NCBI RefSeq assembly: GCF_000020025.1
Contig: NC_010628.1
Coordinates: forward strand, 7,050,001-7,082,000
Origin: Nostoc punctiforme PCC 73102
GTDB taxonomy: Bacteria > Cyanobacteriota > Cyanobacteriia > Cyanobacteriales > Nostocaceae
Length of the DNA stretch: 32,000 nucleotides
Direction: 5' to 3'
Shown: positions 1-7,177 of the stretch, in pieces
How positions within the stretch are numbered: the stretch's first letter is position 1
Layout: the number at the start of each line of letters is the position of its first letter
Position numbers and translations under genes: made by a program
The notes under the pieces: generated by a model
What the model saw: the letters and a program-made list of their open reading frames with translations, nothing else
Database searches by the model: none
Told to the model about the DNA's origin: nothing

Positions 1-711
1 TAAATCGAAAAGCAAGATTTCGCCGCCGATGTTGGTGCTAATTTCTAGCTGTTCTTCGCCATTGATTTGCACACCATCGCCGGCTCTGAGTTCTTCTCCA
101 TTTAAATCGACTATACCTTGGGCTACTTGTAACCAGGCATAGCGATCGCTTTTGACTTGATAATTAACAACATCACCTGACTCTAAAACAGATGTATATA
201 GCTCAACATCTTGGTGAATTGTTACAGCACCATCGCGCCCATCTTTAGAGGCAATTAAGCGGAGTTTACCGCGCTTTTCTTCGAGAGGAAAAGCTTTTTG
301 TTCGTATCTTGGCGTTATTCCTTCTCGATCGGGAAGAATCCAGATTTGCAGTAAGTGCAGTGGTTCAGTTGGTGAAGGATTAAATTCGCTGTGGCTGATT
401 CCAGTTCCAGCACTCATAATTTGGGCATCACCGGGGCGAATTACCGAACCAGTCCCCAAGCTGTCTTTATGCTCTACAGCACCTTCTAACACATAAGTGA
501 GGATTTCCATGTCACGATGACTGTGGGTAGGGAATCCTGCACCGGGAGCGATGCGATCGTCGTTAATCACGCGCAGAGAGCGAAATCCCATACGGTTGGG
601 ATCGTAAAAACTACCGAAAGAAAATGTGTGATAGCTATCGAGCCAGCCCATTTTCGCGTGACCACGGGCATTGCGATCGTGAATTAAGTGGGTAATTGTA
701 TTTTGAGACAT
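1..711 (-). CDS. Pirin family protein (cupin; quercetin 2,3-dioxygenase-like), C-terminus runs off the window edge
   Basis: I translated the minus strand from the ATG at 711-709: [77 protein letters not shown]... This shows the pirin N-terminal cupin with the HxH...E metal motif (HSHRDMEI). The frame is open to position 1 (237 codons). It is absent from the ORF track because no stop lies inside the window. Confidence 0.85.
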   Translation of the reverse strand, partial: MSQNTITHLIHDRNARGHAKMGWLDSYHTFSFGSFYDPNRMGFRSLRVINDDRIAPGAGFPTHSHRDMEILTYVLEGAVEHKDSLGTGSVIRPGDAQIMSAGTGISHSEFNPSPTEPLHLLQIWILPDREGITPRYEQKAFPLEEKRGKLRLIASKDGRDGAVTIHQDVELYTSVLESGDVVNYQVKSDRYAWLQVAQGIVDLNGEELRAGDGVQINGEEQLEISTNIGGEILLFDL

Positions 712-780
712 AAATCTACCTCTTTGTTAATGAGTATTTAGTTAGGAACGACTCAATTTTGGATTTTAGATTTTAGACTT

Positions 781-820
781 TCCTGCGGAACGCTACGCGT
801 AGCTTGCTTCCCCGCAGGGA
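781..820. repeat. Short palindromic dispersed-repeat element (CCTGCGG ... GCTACGCGTAGC ... CCGCAGG)
   Basis: Inverted repeat CCTGCGG (782-788) / CCGCAGG (812-818) encloses the internal palindrome GCTACGCGTAGC. A related CCTGCGGGAAGCCGC string lies at about 2963-2977. It is intergenic, between pirin and dps. Confidence 0.4.
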
Positions 821-1023
821 TACGCTCAGTGAACTATTTTAAATTGCAGGAAAAATCTAAAGTTGGTATTTGAAATCAAAATCGAATTAGCATACTTTTT
901 CACTCACCTAATAACTTCTTCAAGTTTAAGTATTAATTTTGATGGATGACTTGTTGAAGATATTGGTGAATTTCTTGACTTCCTTTTGAACTATTTCAAT
1001 AGTAAGGTATATACATATAAATG

Positions 1024-1052
1024 AAAAGTACGCACTTAAAAGTGACGTACTT
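1024..1052 (-). terminator. Probable intrinsic terminator of dps
   Basis: On the minus strand, AAGTACGTCAC-TTTTAA-GTGCGTACTT (9-bp stem with one bulge) is followed by UUUUCAUUU. It lies about 50 nt downstream of the dps stop (1103). Confidence 0.55.
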
Positions 1053-1102
1053 ACCAAAAAGATACTATTAGATTTAAGAAAGACTACTTTTCTCAGAAGT
1101 GC

Positions 1103-1675
1103 TTATTTTACAGCAGCAGGAATCTTTTGAGTTTTAGTAGTACCAGCGTTACCATTCTCTTCTTTGATTTCTGCTATTTGTAGATGAGCTTCTAAGAACC
1201 AGAGTCGTTTGTCAATGGTACGAGAAATTTCGGTGTAAAGATCGGCAGTATCGAGGTCGTCTAATTCATCAGTTTTTGCGATCGCTTCTCTAATATGTTT
1301 CGCATAGAGTGCAAAGCGATCTGCTAAGGCTGTCACATGATCTTTACCATCCAAAATATCTAAGGGATATTCTGGCAGAATTGAATTACTAGCTGCGGCG
1401 CGGGCTGTTCCGAAAGCGTATCCGCCTAAAGCTGTGACGCGTTCAGCTACTAAATCGATGTATCCTTCCAATTCCCCAGCAAGTTCATCAAATAATAGAT
1501 GTAGCTGATAGAAGTCAGTTCCTTTAACATTCCAATGCGCTTGCTTTGCTTGGGTTTTTAAATCCGAAGTAGCTGCTAAGGTTTGGTTGAGAAGTACCAC
1601 GATTTGAACTCTCGCTTTGGCGGGAATGTCAATACGGGTAGGGTAAAGACGTGATGCAATGCTGTTGTCGCTCAT
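1103..1675 (-). CDS. dps: Dps family DNA-binding ferritin-like protein (DNA starvation/stationary-phase protection)
   Basis: 190-aa ORF with Dps hallmarks: QAHWNVKGTDFYQLHLLFDELAGELEGYIDLVAERVTALGG (ferroxidase-centre H..., D/E residues) and the four-helix-bundle length. Confidence 0.9.
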   Translation of the reverse strand: MSDNSIASRLYPTRIDIPAKARVQIVVLLNQTLAATSDLKTQAKQAHWNVKGTDFYQLHLLFDELAGELEGYIDLVAERVTALGGYAFGTARAAASNSILPEYPLDILDGKDHVTALADRFALYAKHIREAIAKTDELDDLDTADLYTEISRTIDKRLWFLEAHLQIAEIKEENGNAGTTKTQKIPAAVK

Positions 1676-1831
1676 GGGTCTACGTTGTTAATGCCTTTTA
1701 AATCTAACTTTACAGATATTGGCTGGTTGTGCGAAACTCTCTGACGATGGATTGTATTAATGCCTGAATGTGTTACTGTTTAAGGCTTTATACCATTTGG
1801 AATTTTAGATTGGTCAAGTTAAAAATGACAT

Positions 1832-2884
1832 TTAGATGTGATGGTTTTCTATGGTATTAAATGTACCACCAAAAAGCCGATCGCGAATTACATCATTCTG
1901 CAAAAAGTCATGGGGAAAACCCAGTTCAATTTTGCTAATTTCATCTAAGCGTTGCAAATGTTCTGGCGAGAGGCTGACTTCTATTGAAGCTAAGTTATCT
2001 TGAAACTGCGTTAATTTACGTGCCCCAATTATGGGAATAATCACACCACTTTGAGCTAGTAACCAAGCTAATGCTACCTGTGAGGGTGTATGGCCAATTT
2101 CTGCTGCAACTTCACTAACAACTTGAGCGATCGCTAAATTCCGTTCTGAAATACTTCCTAACGCTGCATTTGTTAATCGGCCTTGTTCATCGCCTGCTTG
2201 AGGAGGTTGATTATATTTACCTGTTAGCACACCACCACCCAAGGGCGACCAAGGTGTCACCGCCAAATCAAAAGCTTTAGCCATCGGTAGCAAATCACGC
2301 TCTGGTGTTCGCTGAATTAAACTATACTCAATTTGCAGCGCGACAAACTGCGTCCATCCTTGGAACTGTGCAATGGTATTTGCTTGAGAAACGATCCAAG
2401 CGGGTGCGTCAGAAATGCCAATGTAAAGTACTTTACCTTGACGGACTACATCATCAAGCGATCGCAAGACTTCTTCAATAGGTGTTGTAAAATCCCAAGC
2501 GTGTAACCAAAATAAATCAATGTAATCGGTGTTCAGCCGTTTCAGGCTACCTTCCAAAGACTGAATTAAATTCTTGCGATGGTTTCCACTGGCGTTAGGG
2601 TCGCCCTTTTTGTTATTCATCTGCAAGGGAAAGGAATATTTTGTCGCAACTACAAAGCGTTCTCGTTCTTTTGCGATTAACTCACCAACAATTTTTTCAC
2701 TACTACCATCGGTATAACCGTTGGCGGTATCAATGAAATTTCCCCCTGCTTCTGTATATGTATCAAAGATTTTACGACTTTCGTCAACAGATGCACCCCA
2801 ACCCCAATCTTCACCAAAGGTCATGGTTCCCAAGGAGAGTTCAGAGACTCTTAATCCGCTTTTGCCTAAGAGTTTGTATCTCAT
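1832..2884 (-). CDS. Aldo/keto reductase family oxidoreductase
   Basis: MRYKLLGKSGLRVSELSLGTMTFG...GGNFIDTANGYTDGSSE...LHAWD is a typical AKR (Tas/YajO-like) N-terminus with catalytic D/Y/K/H context. I moved the start to the ATG at 2884 (MRYKLLG), 17 codons inside the track ORF, because AKRs begin at this motif. Confidence 0.9.
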   Translation of the reverse strand: MRYKLLGKSGLRVSELSLGTMTFGEDWGWGASVDESRKIFDTYTEAGGNFIDTANGYTDGSSEKIVGELIAKERERFVVATKYSFPLQMNNKKGDPNASGNHRKNLIQSLEGSLKRLNTDYIDLFWLHAWDFTTPIEEVLRSLDDVVRQGKVLYIGISDAPAWIVSQANTIAQFQGWTQFVALQIEYSLIQRTPERDLLPMAKAFDLAVTPWSPLGGGVLTGKYNQPPQAGDEQGRLTNAALGSISERNLAIAQVVSEVAAEIGHTPSQVALAWLLAQSGVIIPIIGARKLTQFQDNLASIEVSLSPEHLQRLDEISKIELGFPHDFLQNDVIRDRLFGGTFNTIENHHI

Positions 2885-3079
2885 GAATATTTTCTCTTTA
2901 ACGAAAAAACAACGCGAATACCATTCCAAAGGCATGATAACAAAGTTGTCATTTGTCCTACCCTGCGGGAAGCCGCAAAAGCGTCTATGTCATTGCTCAT
3001 TAGTAAGGGCTTAAAGCCTCTTTACGTTTTGTAATATACTTGGGTTTTTTTGCGCTAACTTAACTTTAGCGAAGCAAGA

Positions 3080-3260
3080 GCGATCGCTTGCATTATGAAT
3101 GCGCTAGCCCGCTTTGTGAATGCGATCGCTTGCATTATGAATGCATTAGCCCGCTTTGTGAATGCGATCGCTTGCATTATGAATGCATTAGCCCGCTTTG
3201 TGAATGCGATCGCTTGCATTGTGAATGCACTAGCCCGCTTTGTAAATGCAATGTACTTTG
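3080..3260. repeat. Tandem repeat array, 42-bp unit x4 plus a partial copy (internal 21-bp sub-periodicity), each unit starting with a HIP1 site
   Basis: The unit GCGATCGCTTGCATTATGAATGCGCTAGCCCGCTTTGTGAAT repeats at 3080, 3122, 3164 and 3206, then a degenerate tail. The two 21-nt halves of a unit match at 15/21 positions. Confidence 0.9.
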
Positions 3261-3308
3261 CAACGGTAGTCGCTACAATAAATCTAAGTCAAGTCAAAAT
3301 AAGACATA

Positions 3309-3914
3309 ATGACCTACACTTCATCCAAAGTACTGACTTTTGAAGAATTTATAGCTCAATATGGTGATAATACACGCTACGAATTAATCGATGGACAGCT
3401 AAGAGATATGGAACCTACAGGACTACATGAAGCTGTTGCAGGTAGTATTGCTGGTAGAATCTATGTCGAAATTTTTAATTCTAATTTTAACTGGCTAATC
3501 CCAAAAACCTGTCTTATTAAACCACCTGCTGCTGAAGCCACAGCACTGCGTCCTGATGTAATTGTTTTAGATAAAGCTGAACTTAGTAAAGAACCGCTAT
3601 GGTCAAAAGAACCTATTATTTGTAACGGCAGTACAATCAAACTTGTTGCTGAAGTTGTTAGCACTAACTGGCAAGATGATTATGCCAGGAAAGTAGAAGA
3701 ATACGCTTTTCTTAATATTCCAGAATACTGGATTGTTGACTTTCGTGGCTTAGGTGGCTTGCAATTTATCGGCAATCCTAAACAACCCACCTTTACCGTT
3801 TGTCAGTTAGTCAACGGTGTTTACCAGCAACAACAATATCATTTAGGAGATACTATTTCTTCTGAGCTATTGCCAAATTTACAACTTAAGCTTGACGATA
3901 TCATGCCTATTTAA
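3309..3914 (+). CDS. Uma2 family endonuclease (DUF820, putative restriction-endonuclease-like fold)
   Basis: 201 aa. FEEFIAQYGDNTRYELIDGQLRDMEPTGLHE ... LRPDVIVLDK ... IKLVAEVVSTNWQDDYARKVEEYAFLNIPEYWIVD matches the characteristic Uma2 pattern (ELIxGxLxxMxPxxxxH, RPDxxV, EVxS, K...Y...G(I)PEYWIVD). Confidence 0.85.
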   Translation: MTYTSSKVLTFEEFIAQYGDNTRYELIDGQLRDMEPTGLHEAVAGSIAGRIYVEIFNSNFNWLIPKTCLIKPPAAEATALRPDVIVLDKAELSKEPLWSKEPIICNGSTIKLVAEVVSTNWQDDYARKVEEYAFLNIPEYWIVDFRGLGGLQFIGNPKQPTFTVCQLVNGVYQQQQYHLGDTISSELLPNLQLKLDDIMPI

Positions 3915-4007
3915 CAACTTAAATTTTGTTTTGGCTGAAGTGAATCGCATTATCTTACTGAGGCAAGAGCGATCGCTATAGTTTTCTACGCTAGAATAAT
4001 TATTTTT

Positions 4008-4415
4008 ATGAACTACTACGTAATCTACGACGGAAATTGTAATCTCTGCGTTACTTTAGTGCAATTGCTAGAAACCTTAGACAAGGGAAAGTTATTTCGC
4101 TACGCTCCCATGCAAGATGAGCAGACACTTTTACAGTGGGGAATTACAGCCCAAGATTGTGAACAGGGGATGATTTTAATTGATGGCAATGAACCTCAGA
4201 GACGTTGGCAAGGTAGTAACGCAGCTGAAGAAATTGGGCGATTATTGCCAGTAGGAAGTGTATTTGTAGACGCTTATCGAGCCTTACCGGGGATGAAATG
4301 GGCAGGCGATCGCTTTTACGAACAAATCCGCGATAATCGCTACACCATATTTGGTAAGCGTTCTAATACTTATGAATCGTCTTACTGCGTAGATGGTAGC
4401 TGCAAACCAATTTAA
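4008..4415 (+). CDS. DCC1-like thiol-disulfide oxidoreductase family protein (DUF393)
   Basis: 135 aa starting MNYYVIYDGNCNLCVTLVQLLE. The YDGxCxLC motif at the N-terminus is diagnostic for the DCC family. Confidence 0.8.
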   Translation: MNYYVIYDGNCNLCVTLVQLLETLDKGKLFRYAPMQDEQTLLQWGITAQDCEQGMILIDGNEPQRRWQGSNAAEEIGRLLPVGSVFVDAYRALPGMKWAGDRFYEQIRDNRYTIFGKRSNTYESSYCVDGSCKPI

Positions 4416-4428
4416 ACCACGGCAAGCA

Positions 4429-4516
4429 AGAGACGCGATAAATCGCCGTCTCTACAATAATCAGCCTTTTGTAGAGACGGCGATTCATCGCGGTTTTGTG
4501 ATAATTCATCGCGTCT
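4429..4516. repeat. Cluster of overlapping palindromic short dispersed repeats (AGAGACG(G)CGAT..ATCGCCGTCTCT type); may also terminate the DCC gene
   Basis: A 13-bp perfect stem, ATCGCCGTCTCTA (4442-4454) / TAGAGACGGCGAT (4472-4484), sits with flanking alternative hairpins and a direct repeat ATTCATCGCG. A related perfect 20-nt palindrome AGACGCGATTAATCGCGTCT lies at 27381-27400. Confidence 0.5.
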
Positions 4517-4776
4517 TTGCAATCTAAAATTTTCATCAAAAAACCTTAACCGAACCGTATTGCCCCGCCTCCTTCGCAACTAAATTTGTCATTAGACAGA
4601 ATTTATTCTGTAAAAAATCCGCCTCCAGGTGCTAGCAAAAAGTCTGGTAGACGAACCATTATGCTATCTGGCGTGTTTGTAAACATTGTGCAATCAATGA
4701 CATGCGATCGCCTACGGCGGGCGGGTACGCCATCGCACGACAATTCGGCACAACATACTGACGGGAGGGATACTGC

Positions 4777-6624
4777 GTGAGAATTGGTGCTAACTACTTG
4801 GGTAATGGAGAATGTGAATTTACAGTTTGGTCGCCGCTATTAGATAGCGTCACTGTAAAAACTTTGACACCACAGGAGCAGGTTATTCCCCTCAAGCCTC
4901 AGTCTGAGGGATACTGGCACGCGAAAGTGAATGATGTGTATCCAGGCACGCTTTATCGGTATGTTTTGAATGGTCAAGACGCTTTTGCCGATCCTGCGTC
5001 GCAGTATCAACCGGAAGGAGTGCATGGCCCGTCTCAAATTGTCGATCATCAGTTTGAGTGGACAGATGAAGAGTGGACTGGTATCCCTGTGGAGTCGATG
5101 ATTTTCTACGAACTGCATGTTGGGACATTCACACCTGAAGGAACTTTCACCGCCATCATTTCTCGTCTACCGGAACTTAGGGAACTGGGAATTAATGCGA
5201 TAGAAATCATGCCTATTGCTCAGTTTCCGGGAGACACCCATATTGAAGCGTCTCTGGCATATCGCAACTGGGGCTATGATGGCGTTTACCCTTATGCCGT
5301 TCAAAATTCTTATGGTAGCCCAGCCGAACTGAAGCAACTGGTAAATGCTTGCCATCAAAATAATATCGCTGTGGTGTTGGATGTGGTGTATAACCACTTT
5401 GGGCCAGAAGGCAACTATATGAGTCAGTTCGCCCCCTACTTCACTAAAACCTATAAAACCCCTTGGGGCGAAGCGCTGAATTTCGATGATGCCCATAGTC
5501 AGGGTGTGCGAAATTATTTTATTGAAAATGCGCTTTACTGGTTGCGCGAGTTCCACATTGACGCATTGCGGCTTGATGCTATTCAAGCAATTTATGATTT
5601 GGGGGCGAAGCATTTCTTGTGGGAACTGGCGGAAGCAGTTCATCATTTCTCACAACAAGGGCAAAAATGGAAACGCCATTTAATTGCCGAAAGTGACTTG
5701 AATAATCCGCAAATCATTCGTCCAGCAGAATTGGGTGGATATGGTCTTGATGCCCAATGGAGCGATGATTTTCACCATTCATTGCACGCACTCTTGACAG
5801 GCGATCGCCAAGGATATTATCAAGATTTTGGGCAAACTGCTCAGTTGGCAAAAGCTTATGAAGATACTTTTGTCTACGATTGGAAGTACGCACCACACCG
5901 CAAGCGATTTCATGGTATATCTTGCCGCGATCGCAATTTATCACAGTTTGCAATCTGCATTCAGAATCACGATCAAATCGGCAATCAAATGAAAGGAGAA
6001 CGCCTCACTCAGAGGATCTCTTTTGAAGGATTGAAGTTAGCTGCTGGTGCTGTGCTGCTTTCGCCTAATTTACCCCTGTTATTTATGGGTGAGGAATATG
6101 GAGAAACTGCACCCTTCATTTATTTTGTCAGTCACTCCGATCCCGATTTAATTCAAGCAGTTCGAGCCGGACGCAAACAAGAATTTGAAGCATTCCACTA
6201 TGCAGACGATCCCCCAGATCCCGAATCGGCAGAAACTTTCCTAAAGTCTAAACTCAATTGGCAATTACGTCATGAAGGAAATCATAAAGTTCTGTGGGAT
6301 TGGTATCGTCAGTTAATTAATTTACGCAAGACGCATCCAGCACTTTTAAATCAAGACCGCAATTTCATCGAAGCAACTAGCGATGAAGACAAACAGGTGG
6401 TTATTGTACGTCGTTGGTGCGAATCAAGTGAACTAATATTTGTGATGAATTTCAATTCTTCTCCAGTGACGGTAACTCTGCCGTTTGAGCAAAATGCTAA
6501 TAAATTGTTAGACTCTGCTGATACCTCATGGTCTGGGGTTGGTTCTGAAGCAGATGAACATCTGTCTGCGGGAAAAGAAGTGAAATTGCAACCTACTAGT
6601 TTAGTACTGTATGAAAAAGCATGA
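4777..6624 (+). CDS. treZ: Malto-oligosyltrehalose trehalohydrolase (GH13, N-terminal CBM48-like domain)
   Basis: 615 aa with a GTG start. GH13 conserved regions are present (VVLDVVYNHFGPEGNY, IDALRLDAIQAI, LIAESDLN, IQNHDQIGN). The TreZ-typical N-terminus is MRIGANY...FTVWSP. It lies adjacent to treY and treH. Confidence 0.92.
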   Translation: MRIGANYLGNGECEFTVWSPLLDSVTVKTLTPQEQVIPLKPQSEGYWHAKVNDVYPGTLYRYVLNGQDAFADPASQYQPEGVHGPSQIVDHQFEWTDEEWTGIPVESMIFYELHVGTFTPEGTFTAIISRLPELRELGINAIEIMPIAQFPGDTHIEASLAYRNWGYDGVYPYAVQNSYGSPAELKQLVNACHQNNIAVVLDVVYNHFGPEGNYMSQFAPYFTKTYKTPWGEALNFDDAHSQGVRNYFIENALYWLREFHIDALRLDAIQAIYDLGAKHFLWELAEAVHHFSQQGQKWKRHLIAESDLNNPQIIRPAELGGYGLDAQWSDDFHHSLHALLTGDRQGYYQDFGQTAQLAKAYEDTFVYDWKYAPHRKRFHGISCRDRNLSQFAICIQNHDQIGNQMKGERLTQRISFEGLKLAAGAVLLSPNLPLLFMGEEYGETAPFIYFVSHSDPDLIQAVRAGRKQEFEAFHYADDPPDPESAETFLKSKLNWQLRHEGNHKVLWDWYRQLINLRKTHPALLNQDRNFIEATSDEDKQVVIVRRWCESSELIFVMNFNSSPVTVTLPFEQNANKLLDSADTSWSGVGSEADEHLSAGKEVKLQPTSLVLYEKA

Positions 6625-6659
6625 AAGGGAGGGTTAGAACTTAACGTTTCAGCCTCATA

Positions 6660-6880
6660 ACCTCAACGTTCGAGTAAAAAGGTTCAACGTTCGAGTAAAA
6701 AGGTTCAACGTCCGAGTAAAAAGGTTCAACGTCCGAGTAAAAAGGTTCAACGTCCGAGTAAAAAGGTTCAACGTCCGAGTAAAAAGGTTCAACGTTCAAG
6801 TAAAAAGGCTCAACGTCCGAGTAAAAAGGTTCAACTTTCAAGCTAAAAGGTTCAACGTTCAACTAAAAAGGCTCAAACTC
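6660..6880. repeat. Tandem repeat array, 21-bp unit x about 10.5 (GGTTCAACGTCCGAGTAAAAA) with phased A5 tracts
   Basis: Units start at 6660, 6681, 6702, 6723, 6744, 6765, 6786, 6807, 6828, 6849 and 6870 (partial). The central four copies are identical and the edge copies are degenerate. The array begins 36 nt after the treZ stop. Confidence 0.9.
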
Positions 6881-6904
6881 CCCCACCTATCAATATCAGA
6901 TAAG

Positions 6905-7050
6905 ATCCCCCCGCCTGCGGCGACCCCCTTAAAAGGGCTACGGTGTAGACACAAGTCGAATTACCCCCCTTAATCCCCCCGATATATTGGGGGGAAACAA
7001 GAAATCTAGTTCCCTCCCCTTTATAAGGGGAGGGTTAGGGTGGGGTAAAA
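6905..7050. repeat. G/C-run hairpin dispersed-repeat block (MITE-like debris) in the treZ-treY spacer
   Basis: Hairpins CCCCCC-GATATATT-GGGGGG (6975-6994) and CCCTCCCCTT-tat-AAGGGGAGGG (7012-7034), plus C-run/G-run strings (CCCCCCGCCTGCGGCGACCCCC, GGGTTAGGGTGGGG). This is typical of Nostocales intergenic repeat families. Confidence 0.45.
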
Positions 7051-7177
7051 CCTTGGGTTTTTCAGCTATTTCAGACTTGTGTATACATCCTTGCTTAACA
7101 AGGAGGGTTGCGGGGCTCTTCCAGAGACAAACACCTTAACCGAACCGTATCGCCCCATCTTTTATCACAACAAACTC

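Noticed and set aside
3088-3343. Two overlapping plus-strand ORFs (73 aa and 82 aa) with repeated peptide blocks (HYECxSPLCECDRL / MNALARFVNAIACI)
   Set aside because: Both lie entirely within the 42-bp tandem array, whose unit length is a multiple of 3. Any frame lacking a stop in one unit stays open through all copies. Two frames are open at once, there is no SD, and the second runs into the Uma2 start. I treat them as repeat artefacts.
4586-4780. 64-aa plus-strand ORF immediately upstream of, and overlapping, the treZ start
   Set aside because: It is composed largely of dispersed-repeat modules. The same DRLRRAGTPS peptide appears in the spurious ORF at 27854-28126 because both contain the GATCGCCT.CGGCGGGCGGGTACGCCATCG repeat. 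It has no SD and an arginine/GC-repeat-driven composition.
6641-6862. Minus-strand 73-aa ORF of VEPFYSD heptad repeats; also considered whether the array could be a CRISPR
   Set aside because: The ORF is generated by the 21-bp tandem repeat. It is not a CRISPR: the units are directly abutting with no unique spacers, the unit is shorter than CRISPR repeats, and no cas genes are present.
3080-6880. Possibility that either tandem array is an NsiR1-style repeated small-RNA gene array (as upstream of hetF in Anabaena)
   Set aside because: Units of 21 or 42 bp are too short to hold a promoter, a transcript and a terminator. No TCCGGA (DIF-type) motif and no per-unit terminator hairpin is present. 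Only weak -35/-10 resemblances could be forced onto the 42-bp unit.
7079-7177. 33-codon N-terminal extension of treY given in the ORF track
   Set aside because: The extension covers repeat-derived sequence (the 24-nt motif shared with the treZ leader). TreY proteins start at the MRIPxATYRxQF motif, and the ATG at 7178 is therefore preferred.
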